Below, in pieces: positions 1 to 8,518 of a stretch of 16,089 bases of DNA. The DNA lies in NCBI GenBank assembly GCA_964450845.1, contig CAYVGZ010000034.1, positions 1 through 16,089 of the forward strand. The letters are read 5' to 3'. Both the position numbers and the translations under genes were made by a program. Position 1 is the first letter of the stretch; every line of letters begins with the position of its first letter. The notes under the pieces are model-generated. The model did no database searches. It worked only from the letters and a program-made list of their open reading frames with translations, and was not told the origin of the DNA. The DNA comes from an uncultured Candidatus Bathyarchaeia archaeon (lineage in GTDB: Archaea > Thermoproteota > Bathyarchaeia > Bathyarchaeales > Bathycorpusculaceae).

Positions 1-2
1 GC

Positions 3-413
3 TATGAAATAGACCTCGAACTAAAAAATGTGATTCTTAAGAAGATAGGCTATACCCAAGCAACCTTGACAAATAACTCTGTAGACAAAGTGGAAATAAT
101 AGAAAGAGCAGACTCAAAAAAACTTCGCAATTTTCTTCAAGAAAGAGTGAAAAACCAAAAGTCAGTAGTAAAGAAAAACTTACCAAAACCTATTTTGACG
201 CCAATCGCGACCACACCATTTAATAAAAAAGCAGAAATTACCAAAGAAAACTCTGGATGGGAGAAACTCAAACTTGCATTGCCTACTGTAGAGGCAGTCG
301 AAAAGCGGTTAAAACATGCTAGAGAGAGGAACCTCTCTCCCAGCTATATTCGTGCATTAGAACGTTTAAAGGAATATTGGATGAAAGAGCAGATTACTCC
401 AGAAGCAAGATAA
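3..413 (+). CDS. Hypothetical protein, 3' part (5'-truncated by window edge)
   Basis: The frame of ORF 30..413 stays open back to position 3 (YEIDLELKNVILKK...), so the GTG at 30 is probably internal. Ends TAA at 411-413. No family recognised. Confidence 0.65.
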   Translation, partial: YEIDLELKNVILKKIGYTQATLTNNSVDKVEIIERADSKKLRNFLQERVKNQKSVVKKNLPKPILTPIATTPFNKKAEITKENSGWEKLKLALPTVEAVEKRLKHARERNLSPSYIRALERLKEYWMKEQITPEAR

Positions 414-465
414 AATTAAACATTACAACCTCCTTCTCTCAATTGAAATATTGGAGAACCCAAAA

Positions 466-1806
466 ATGAGTGATGAAGAAGAATTTTCAGGCTACAAGGG
501 CAAAACACTAGAAGCCATCAAACGGGCTGAAGCTGAAATAGGCGACATAATACGCGTCACAAAGAACGAGGAAGTTTACGAAGGAATCTTGATTCCCCGC
601 TCCGAATACGACGACGAAAAACACCTAGTTATAAAGTTAAAAAGCGGCTACAACATCGGCATACGCATAACCCCAAACACAAAAATACAGAAAACAGGAA
701 AAGGAGCAAAACCAACATTTGCACCACCTCCTCTCGCAGGGCAAAATCCAGAACTGCCAAAAATAGCCATAATAAGCACAGGCGGAACCATAGCCAGCCG
801 CGTGGACTACAGAACAGGCGCAGTAAGACCAGCCCTAACGGCAAGCGACCTATACAGCGTTGTTCCAGAACTAGCCAACATAGCAAGAATAGACACACAA
901 ATACTATTCAGCCTCTTCAGCGAAAACATAACACCAACACACTGGACAGAAATAGCCGAAGCAGTTGCCAAACAAATAGCCGAAGGCGTCGTAATAGCCC
1001 ACGGAACCGACACCATGGGATACACAGCCGCAGCCCTAAGCTTCGCATTACAAGACCTTCCAGTCCCAGTCATACTCGTAGGTTCACAACGCTCAGCAGA
1101 CCGCCCAAGCTCCGACGCAGCAACAAACCTCATAGGCGCAGTCACAGCAGCAGCAAAAGCTCCATTCGCAGAAGTAGCAGTAGCCATGCATGAAACACCC
1201 TCAGACGATATCATAACGCTTCATAGGGGAACAAAAGTCAGAAAATGCCACACAAGCAGAAGAGACACATTCAAATCCATAAACACGCAGCCAATAGCAA
1301 AAATACAAAACCAAAAAATAACCATGCTAACAGAAGACTACAAGAAACGTGACCCAGCAAGAAAGCTCACTTTAAAGCCTAAATTTGACGAGAAAGTTGC
1401 TTTAATAAAATTCCATCCAGGCATAAACCCCGCAATAATCGATTGGCACGTAGAAAATAAGTATAAAGGCATAGTTCTCGAAGGAACAGGACTAGGACAC
1501 GTAGGCAGCTACTGCTTTAACGCTATAAAAAACGCCGTAGAACATAACATTGTAGTTGCCATGACTTCGCAGTGCATCTGGGGACGAGTAAACATGAACG
1601 TCTACGACCAAGGTCGCGACTTACTAGCCTTAGGCGTGATTCCCCTAGAAGACATGCTCGCAGAAACAGCCACTGTCAAACTTATGTGGATTTTTGCACA
1701 AACCAACGATGTAGAAGAAGCAAAAAAACTGTTAAAAACAAACATTGCAGACGAAATTTCTCCCCGAACACTCTCAGAAGAAATCAGCAAACAACAAGGA
1801 GAATAA
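466..1806 (+). CDS. gatD: Glu-tRNA(Gln) amidotransferase subunit D (asparaginase-like glutaminase)
   Basis: N-terminal GatD domain (IGDIIRV...EGILIPR...IKLKSGYNIG), asparaginase motifs ISTGGTIASRVDYRTGAV, HGTDTM, GSQRSADRPSSD, RKCHTSRRDTF. ATG at 466 preceded by GGAG (453-456); TTG 451 is the alternative start. Confidence 0.97.
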   Translation: MSDEEEFSGYKGKTLEAIKRAEAEIGDIIRVTKNEEVYEGILIPRSEYDDEKHLVIKLKSGYNIGIRITPNTKIQKTGKGAKPTFAPPPLAGQNPELPKIAIISTGGTIASRVDYRTGAVRPALTASDLYSVVPELANIARIDTQILFSLFSENITPTHWTEIAEAVAKQIAEGVVIAHGTDTMGYTAAALSFALQDLPVPVILVGSQRSADRPSSDAATNLIGAVTAAAKAPFAEVAVAMHETPSDDIITLHRGTKVRKCHTSRRDTFKSINTQPIAKIQNQKITMLTEDYKKRDPARKLTLKPKFDEKVALIKFHPGINPAIIDWHVENKYKGIVLEGTGLGHVGSYCFNAIKNAVEHNIVVAMTSQCIWGRVNMNVYDQGRDLLALGVIPLEDMLAETATVKLMWIFAQTNDVEEAKKLLKTNIADEISPRTLSEEISKQQGE

Positions 1807-1813
1807 TACCACC

Positions 1814-3715
1814 TTGGAAACAGATTACGACAAACTTGGCTTGAAAGTCGGCTTAGAAATCCACCAACAATTAGACACTTCCACAAAACTGTTCTGCAAC
1901 TGCAAACCAGAACTTTTCAAAGAAGAACCAGAAACAACATTTCTACGCAGACTCCGCCCAACGCAGAGCGAGCTAGGTCAAATAGACCCAGCAGCCTACT
2001 TCGAGTTCCAAAAAGGAGTGAAAATCCTCTACGAGGCTAACACAGCAACTTCATGCCTCGTCGAGATGGACGAAGAACCACCCCATCCCTTAAACACAGA
2101 AGCAGTTGAAATAGCCATAACAGCAGCCCTAATGATGAAGGCAAAGCTCGTTGATGAAATTCACGTAATGCGTAAAACGGTCATAGATGGCTCGAACACC
2201 ACAGGCTTCCAAAGAACATGCGTAATAGCTCTAAATGGCATGTTGAAAGTTGGAGAAAAAACAGTTCCCATCGAACACATAAGCCTAGAAGAAGACGCAG
2301 CAAGAAAAATGGGCGAAGAACAAGGCATCACGCTACGTTATCGTATAGACCGCTTAGGCATACCATTAATAGAAGTCGCAACCGCACCAATCATAAACTC
2401 GCCAAAAGAAGCACAAGAAGTCGCATTAGCCATTGGAAAAATTTTAAGGGCTACCGGAAAAGCTAAGCGAGGCTTAGGCACAATCCGTCAAGACATAAAC
2501 ATATCAATCCCAAACGGCGCACTAATAGAAATCAAGGGCTTGCAGGAACTTGAACTGCTCTCGCTTGTTGTAGAATATGAAGTCCAACGCCAACTGAACC
2601 TCATAAAAATAAGCCAAGAACTAAAAGAACGCAAAGTGAAAGGAGAAGAGATAAAAGAAGAGTTTCTTGACGTGACAGAAGTTTTCAAGCAAACAAAATG
2701 CAAGGTTATCCGCAAAGCCCTAGACAAAAACCAAAAAGTCTTCGCGGTCAAACTTCCGAAATTCAAGGGCTTCCTGAAAAGGGAGCTTACACCAAACTTA
2801 CGTCTTGGAACAGAAATAGCAGACAGGGCACGTTTCTGGGGAAGAGTCGGCGGAATATTTCACACAGACGAGATGCCCGCCTATGGAATAACAGCAGAAG
2901 AAGTCGAAGAGCTAAAAAAAGCCGCCAAAGCCGAAGAACAAGACGCCATAGTATTCATCGCAGACAACCCAGAAAACGCTAAAGACTCGCTGAAAGCAGT
3001 CATAGAAAGAGCCCGCGAAGCCATAAAATGTGTACCTGAAGAAACCCGAGCACCAAACCCTGATGGAACAACCCGATACATGCGACCGAGGCCAGGAGCA
3101 GCAAGAATGTACCCAGAAACAGACATTCCACTAACGTACATAACAGAAGACAACATAAAGAAGATTAGCTCACGCTTACCCGAACTCCCAGAACAAAAAC
3201 TTGAACGTTTAACGACAGAGTATAGGCTAAACCAGAAATTAGCTAGGCAGATTATAGATTCAGAATATAGCGAACTGTTCGAAACCATAATAAAAGAAAG
3301 CAGTGTTTCACCAACAACAATTGCAGCATTTTTAACTGAAACCCTAAGGGCATTGAAACGTGAAGGTATCCATGTGAACACCATCTCAGAAAAACAGATA
3401 CGAGAAATTTTCAAACATGTTGGCAATGGTGAATTAACCAAAGAAGCAGTACCAGAAGTGGTTGGCTGGCTTTCAAAACATGAAGGCAAAAACATACAAG
3501 AAGCAATCAGCAGCATGGGCTTGAAAATTCTTTCAAAGGAAGAGTTGATGAAAATTGTTGACAACATAGTCGAGAACAACAGAAAAATAGTCGAAGAACG
3601 CGGAATGGAAGCTTTTGGTCCACTTATGAGCATGGTTATGAAAGAAGTACGGGGTAAGGCAAATCCTGCATTGGTTAGTGAACTGCTGAGAGAGAAGTTG
3701 AAACAATTAAGTTGA
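1814..3715 (+). CDS. gatE: Glu-tRNA(Gln) amidotransferase subunit E
   Basis: DYDKLGLKVGLEIHQQL, RKTVIDGSNTTGFQRT, LEEDAARK, DRLGIPLIEVAT, GLGTIRQDINISI, AspRS-like insert (GGIFHTDEMPAYGIT), RPRPGAARMYPETD, helical tail ending VRGKANPALV. TTG 1814, 7 nt after the gatD stop, is the likely start; the 1745 start of the ORF track overlaps gatD. Confidence 0.97.
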   Translation: METDYDKLGLKVGLEIHQQLDTSTKLFCNCKPELFKEEPETTFLRRLRPTQSELGQIDPAAYFEFQKGVKILYEANTATSCLVEMDEEPPHPLNTEAVEIAITAALMMKAKLVDEIHVMRKTVIDGSNTTGFQRTCVIALNGMLKVGEKTVPIEHISLEEDAARKMGEEQGITLRYRIDRLGIPLIEVATAPIINSPKEAQEVALAIGKILRATGKAKRGLGTIRQDINISIPNGALIEIKGLQELELLSLVVEYEVQRQLNLIKISQELKERKVKGEEIKEEFLDVTEVFKQTKCKVIRKALDKNQKVFAVKLPKFKGFLKRELTPNLRLGTEIADRARFWGRVGGIFHTDEMPAYGITAEEVEELKKAAKAEEQDAIVFIADNPENAKDSLKAVIERAREAIKCVPEETRAPNPDGTTRYMRPRPGAARMYPETDIPLTYITEDNIKKISSRLPELPEQKLERLTTEYRLNQKLARQIIDSEYSELFETIIKESSVSPTTIAAFLTETLRALKREGIHVNTISEKQIREIFKHVGNGELTKEAVPEVVGWLSKHEGKNIQEAISSMGLKILSKEELMKIVDNIVENNRKIVEERGMEAFGPLMSMVMKEVRGKANPALVSELLREKLKQLS

Positions 3716-3723
3716 ATTTGTTT

Positions 3724-4719
3724 CTAGACCTTATAGCAGGCTACCCAGTGATTCTTTTTGACTTCTTGCAGTCTCGGTTCTTTCCGCTTGCATTCTTCCG
3801 AAGCTTCGCTACACCGTGGATGAAATCTACACCCTTTAGGAAGATCTATCGGGGTAGGAGTTTCCCCGCTCAGAAGTATCCTCTTTCTTTTTGTTGTTGG
3901 ATCTGGAACAGGTACATTGCTGATTAAGGCCTTTGTATATGGGTGTAGCGGTTCCTGGATTACATCTTCTACAATGCCCTCTTCCACAATTTTGCCAAGA
4001 TACATTACTATAATCCGTTTTCCAATGTATCGAGCTTGAGCTATGTCGTGGGTAATGTATAAATATGTTAATCCATGGAGACGCTGAAGCTCGGTCATAA
4101 GGTTGATAATTTCTGTTCGAATGCTAGCGTCCAGCATGGACACTGGTTCATCAGCTATCATGAAGTCAGGTCGAAGAATAAGACTTCGGGCAATAGCAAC
4201 CCTTTGAAGCTGTCCACCGCTCAACTCGTGAGTAAATCTTCTAGCAAAATCTTCTGGGGGAGTTAATCTAACTTCCATCAAAGCTTCAAAAACGCGCTCT
4301 TCTAGTTCTCTTTCATTTAAGGCCAGGTTATTAACTTCGATGGGTTCTCCCACCAAAGATTTCACAGACATTCTCGGGTCTAAGACTTCGAATGGGTTTT
4401 GGAAGATGATTTGCATTTTTGTCCGAATCTTTCGTAGCTCCTCTTTATCTAACGTCGTTATTTCTTTGTCGTGATATAGGATGCTGCCTTCGGTGGGTTC
4501 AATTAATCTCAAAATCGTTCGTGCTGTTGTCGTTTTCCCACATCCAGACTCTCCTACTAAGCAGAGGATTTCTCCAGCATGTACATCAAAGTCGACACCA
4601 TCTACTGCTCTAACATATTTTTGTTCTCCTCCAAAAACTAGGGCAAGAAAACCTTTTCTCACTGGAAACCACTTTTTTAAGCCGTGAACACGGAGGACTT
4701 TCTCTTCAGACAAAAACAT
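3724..4719 (-). CDS. oppF: Oligopeptide/dipeptide ABC transporter ATP-binding subunit (OppF/DppF-like)
   Basis: Walker [10 protein letters not shown], signature LSGGQLQR, Walker B MIADEP, C-terminal CRFHPRC...C...HWVAC cysteine motif; GGAGG ribosome-binding site immediately upstream (4721-4725). Confidence 0.93.
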   Translation of the reverse strand: MFLSEEKVLRVHGLKKWFPVRKGFLALVFGGEQKYVRAVDGVDFDVHAGEILCLVGESGCGKTTTARTILRLIEPTEGSILYHDKEITTLDKEELRKIRTKMQIIFQNPFEVLDPRMSVKSLVGEPIEVNNLALNERELEERVFEALMEVRLTPPEDFARRFTHELSGGQLQRVAIARSLILRPDFMIADEPVSMLDASIRTEIINLMTELQRLHGLTYLYITHDIAQARYIGKRIIVMYLGKIVEEGIVEDVIQEPLHPYTKALISNVPVPDPTTKRKRILLSGETPTPIDLPKGCRFHPRCSEASEECKRKEPRLQEVKKNHWVACYKV

Positions 4720-4724
4720 ACCTC

Positions 4725-5696
4725 CTATTTGCGCAGATCCAATCCTTCAGCGAAATGACACACGACAAGATGACCTTTGCCAAACTCTCTTTGCTTTGGA
4801 CGCTCTACTTTACAAATATGTTTTGCAAAGGGACATCGCTCATGAAACTTGCATCCCTTAGGCGGAGATATCAAGTCTGGAGGAGTTCCTGGAATAAACT
4901 CTAATCTTATTTTCTCACCTACGACGCTTGGAAAGGCACCGATTAATTTTGCTGTGTATGGGTGTAGCGGTTCTTTGAATACAGAAATAACATCTCCTAC
5001 CTCCACCAAGCTTCCTGCATACATTATTCCTACATGATCTGATTCCTCTGCAATAACAGAAAGGTCATGAGTAATGAGTAGCACCGCAAGACTGAGCGTT
5101 TGTTTAAGTTTTTTCAATAAGTCCAAAATTTTCCCTTGTATAACTACGTCCAGTGCCGTAACAGGTTCGTCGGCGATTATTAGTTTCGGGTTGCAAGCCA
5201 GAGCCTGGGCAATTATCGCTCTTTGCTGCATCCCACCACTGAACTCGTGAGGATAGTCTCTAATCCGAGATTGTTCTAATCCTACTACTGCAAAAAGTTT
5301 CTTCACCCTTTCGTAAGCGGCATCCTTGCTACATCCTTCTTTTTCCTGTAATACCTCTGCTATTTGGTCTCCGACTCGAAGAACCGGGTTAAAAGCGCTC
5401 ATGGCATATTGGAAAACCATGCTTGCTTTGCGCCATCGGAATTTTTTGGATTCCTTCTCGCTTAAGCCTACAATTTCTTGACCGTCCAACCAGATTTTTC
5501 CGCCAACGATTAAACCGTTGTCAGGCAGTATCCGCATTATGCTTTTTGCCACCGTTGTTTTGCCACAACCAGACTCTCCGGCGAGACCGAACGTTTCCCC
5601 CGCGTTTATGCAGAAAGAAACGTCATCAACAGCGTAAACAGTCTCTTTGCCCAATATGTAGTGCGTGCTGAGGTTCTCGATTTCTAGAACTTTCAT
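4725..5696 (-). CDS. oppD: Oligopeptide/dipeptide ABC transporter ATP-binding subunit (OppD/DppD-like)
   Basis: [13 protein letters not shown] start (ATG 5696, ATGA overlap with the upstream stop), [30 protein letters not shown]...C...VVCH. The ORF-track extension to 5810 overlaps oppC. Confidence 0.93.
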   Translation of the reverse strand: MKVLEIENLSTHYILGKETVYAVDDVSFCINAGETFGLAGESGCGKTTVAKSIMRILPDNGLIVGGKIWLDGQEIVGLSEKESKKFRWRKASMVFQYAMSAFNPVLRVGDQIAEVLQEKEGCSKDAAYERVKKLFAVVGLEQSRIRDYPHEFSGGMQQRAIIAQALACNPKLIIADEPVTALDVVIQGKILDLLKKLKQTLSLAVLLITHDLSVIAEESDHVGIMYAGSLVEVGDVISVFKEPLHPYTAKLIGAFPSVVGEKIRLEFIPGTPPDLISPPKGCKFHERCPFAKHICKVERPKQREFGKGHLVVCHFAEGLDLRK

Positions 5697-7288
5697 GCTC
5701 GTCTTCTCCTCAGTCTTGGATTCATAACTTGGTCTAGGGCGTGGCTCATGAAAGCGAAACCTAGCACCAGAAGCATAAGCAGTAGACCGGGGGGTATAAT
5801 CCACCACCAATAGTTATTTATCACCGCCAGTTTCAGGTCTGCCCAGTATAGAATAATTCCCCAGCTTGGGGGGTCTTGAAGAGATACGCCGAATCCGAGG
5901 AAGCTCACCCATGCTTCTCCTAGTATTGCATTGACAATGCTGAGAACCATGTTTGCTAAAATGAGTGGAAGGACGTTGGGAAGAATGTGACTGCTCAGAA
6001 TGTGCGTGTCCGTTGCTCCTATGGCCTTTGCCGCCTCAGTTAACGGTTGTTCTTTCAATGATAATGTTTCACTTCTTACCATTCTTGCTGTGCCTGTCCA
6101 ACCGAGTATTGACAACACAATAATTATGTTGAATAATCCTTTTCCAAATAAAGCAGCAAAAATAAGCATCAGCGGAAGTGTTGGCACTGAGAGGAAGAGG
6201 TCTGTGATGCGCATAAGTATTGAATCTGGGGCTCCGCCATAGTAGCCACCTATCATGCCAATAAGAGTGCCAATTATCATGGATAAGGTTGCAGCAGCGA
6301 AGCCGACAAGAAGAGAAACCCTACTACCCCACATAACCCTACTTAATAGGTCCTCTCCATAGTGGTCAGTGCCTAAAGGGTGCTTCCAGCTTGGAGGTTG
6401 AGTCATTTCTTTCAAGTTTAACTCGAAATAGGGGTACGGTGCTAAATAGGGAGCAAAAAACCCCATTAACGCAATACCCAATACTATGCACAATCCCACT
6501 TTTCCCATCAATGACTCGCTGAAAAGTTTCCAACCGTTCGTTATGCGTCTTTTACTGTTTAAGAACATCTTCCAAATTTTGGGCAAAAGCCAGTAAAGCG
6601 CGGGAAAAAAAAGCATTAAGTAAGCATAAGAAGGTATGCTTGCAATTAGTTCCTTCAAACTTGTCGACAGAGTTGGAAAGCCAGCCCAGAAATAACCCCC
6701 AACCAATTCAATAGACATTAAAATCCAGATTGCTAGAATTAATGCTTTCCCAATTTGCTTTCTTCTCTGGAAAATTGTCCCAAAAACTAAGATAGTTAAC
6801 CCTAGAGCAAGGAGAACTCCTCCTAAACCTGAAATTGAAAGCGTCGAAATGTATAATCCCATTCCGACAGAAGAGAGAATCCATAGAAAACCTTGCACTT
6901 TTCTGTGCTGAACACTCAGTTTGCGAAGGAACAATATTGTGGAAAGGGCTACTAACACGGCAAAAAAAACTCTGAATCCCAATATCGCGAAAAACTGGAG
7001 TTTTGTAGTTTGCATTATTATCGTTGCGAAGTAATCTAGCCCAAGAGCCACTCCTATGACCATTAACGTCGGCACGAGAATGCCTATGGCTGAGGCTGTT
7101 TTGCCGCGCCAAACAATAACTAACCAAAGAATAAACAATGCGTTTGCAAGAACACATATTCCAGTTTGAGATAGGGATAACAATACCATTCCTTTAACAA
7201 TGAAATACGCGATTAGAGCGTCTATTATCACCAGAAAAATGATTGAGAAGAATTTTGGGACTTGAAAACTGTGTTTTCTGCTCTTCAT
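5693..7288 (-). CDS. oppC: Peptide ABC transporter permease OppC/DppC with a ~250-aa extra N-terminal polytopic membrane domain
   Basis: Canonical OppC part from about W253 (APYLAPYPY...HPLGTDHYGEDLLSRVMWGSRVSL; ARMVRSETLSLKEQPLTEAAKAIGA; ends MNPRLRRR). ATGA overlaps at both ends (7285-7288, 5693-5696) support the long start. Confidence 0.9.
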   Translation of the reverse strand: MKSRKHSFQVPKFFSIIFLVIIDALIAYFIVKGMVLLSLSQTGICVLANALFILWLVIVWRGKTASAIGILVPTLMVIGVALGLDYFATIIMQTTKLQFFAILGFRVFFAVLVALSTILFLRKLSVQHRKVQGFLWILSSVGMGLYISTLSISGLGGVLLALGLTILVFGTIFQRRKQIGKALILAIWILMSIELVGGYFWAGFPTLSTSLKELIASIPSYAYLMLFFPALYWLLPKIWKMFLNSKRRITNGWKLFSESLMGKVGLCIVLGIALMGFFAPYLAPYPYFELNLKEMTQPPSWKHPLGTDHYGEDLLSRVMWGSRVSLLVGFAAATLSMIIGTLIGMIGGYYGGAPDSILMRITDLFLSVPTLPLMLIFAALFGKGLFNIIIVLSILGWTGTARMVRSETLSLKEQPLTEAAKAIGATDTHILSSHILPNVLPLILANMVLSIVNAILGEAWVSFLGFGVSLQDPPSWGIILYWADLKLAVINNYWWWIIPPGLLLMLLVLGFAFMSHALDQVMNPRLRRRRA

Positions 7289-8280
7289 TTTCCTTTTCCA
7301 CCATATCTGATTCGCGGATCTACGAGAGCATAAATTACGTCTGCAACGAAATTTGAAATAACCACTAAGGTAGCTAACAACAAGAAAATTCCCTGAAGAA
7401 TGGAATAATCAGCATTCACTACAGCCTCAACTGTCAAATCACCGAGGCCAGCCCATGAAAAAACCCTTTCAGTAACAGTTGCCCCAGAAATCAAATAAGT
7501 CATGTCAACTGCGATCACGCTTATCATGGGCAACATAGCATTTCGCATAGCATGCCTAAACAATATGCTTTTTTCGCTCAGTCCTTTGGCTCTGGCTGCT
7601 TCCATAAAATCTTTCGTGAAAACGTCAAGCACCGTGTCTCTCATCAAAAGGAAAAAACTGCCTACAAAAGATAATGTCAACACAATTAATGGTCCAGTCA
7701 TATGCCAAAGATAGTCTCCTGCATATTCTAGGAAGTTGGCATAGTCGCGACCACGAGTGATTGTGCCGCCGGTTACTGGAATAAGATTCAGATAAAACCC
7801 TAAATACAATAGTATGAGAAGCCCTGACCAGAAGACTGGTATGCTGTAGGTAACTAGGAAAAACACAATGGAAGACTTGTCTAACAAGGAATTTCGTCTA
7901 GAAGCCGCCAAGACACCTATAAACATTCCTATGATTATACTCAAAACCAATGACGACCCCATCAAGATAAGCGTGTTTACCAATCTGCTCCCAAAAACAA
8001 TTTCCACCACAGGCTTGTTTTGGCTTATCGTGAGGCTTCTTCCCCAATCTCCTCTGAATAGATTAAGAAGATAAAGTCCATACTGATTCCAGATTGGTAG
8101 GTTTAAGCCAAACTTCTCCTCTACTTGTTGTATAACATCCCGGTCCTTCAATCCACGAAGTAGTGCCATTCGTGGGTCGCCTGGCATAACCCGGAAAAGA
8201 ACGAAATTGAACGTGATTATGAGAAACCACACAACAATGCACTGAACTGCTCGACCTAACAAAAATCGACGTACGCTCAT
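7285..8280 (-). CDS. oppB: Peptide ABC transporter permease OppB/DppB
   Basis: FRVMPGDP, FGLNLPIWNQY...GDWGRS, EAA motif DFMEAARAKGLSE...RHAMRNA, VFSWAGLG, ADVIYALVDPRIRY. ATG 8280 (TTG 8286 alternative). Confidence 0.92.
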   Translation of the reverse strand: MSVRRFLLGRAVQCIVVWFLIITFNFVLFRVMPGDPRMALLRGLKDRDVIQQVEEKFGLNLPIWNQYGLYLLNLFRGDWGRSLTISQNKPVVEIVFGSRLVNTLILMGSSLVLSIIIGMFIGVLAASRRNSLLDKSSIVFFLVTYSIPVFWSGLLILLYLGFYLNLIPVTGGTITRGRDYANFLEYAGDYLWHMTGPLIVLTLSFVGSFFLLMRDTVLDVFTKDFMEAARAKGLSEKSILFRHAMRNAMLPMISVIAVDMTYLISGATVTERVFSWAGLGDLTVEAVVNADYSILQGIFLLLATLVVISNFVADVIYALVDPRIRYGGKGK

Positions 8281-8491
8281 GGACAATTTGTTTCACTCAA
8301 ATGCCTTTTTAATCTTTAACTTTGATAACCTTTTCGTATAAGTGAGAAAGTAGATTAAGTTTATGTAAAAAAAGATTCAGATTGTTAATAAAAATCGAAA
8401 CTAGGAAAAATAAACACTCATCACAGTCATAACTTGCTAATTTTTCGGCTATTCATAAACCAAAAAGATTTTCCTACCTTGCTTGCGATTG

Positions 8492-8502
8492 AAAAAGAAA
8501 AA
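8492..8502 (-). terminator. Probable oligo-T archaeal terminator after oppA
   Basis: TTTTTCTTTTT on the minus strand 16 nt downstream of the stop at 8519, in the ~240-bp oppA-oppB gap. Confidence 0.5.
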
Positions 8503-8518
8503 GGGGTATTGTTTGTGG

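Noticed and set aside
629-3633. Alternative/antisense ORFs inside gatD and gatE (e.g. 629..898, 807..1214, 2881..3633)
   Set aside because: Shadow frames of well-supported conserved genes; no recognisable motifs.
3713-3726. Only 8 bp between convergent gatE and oppF stops
   Set aside because: Tight convergent packing is common in archaeal genomes; nothing else points to a special role.
5697-5810. 38-aa N-terminal extension of OppD in the ORF track
   Set aside because: Overlaps the oppC 3' end; ATG 5696 with ATGA coupling gives the normal N-terminus.
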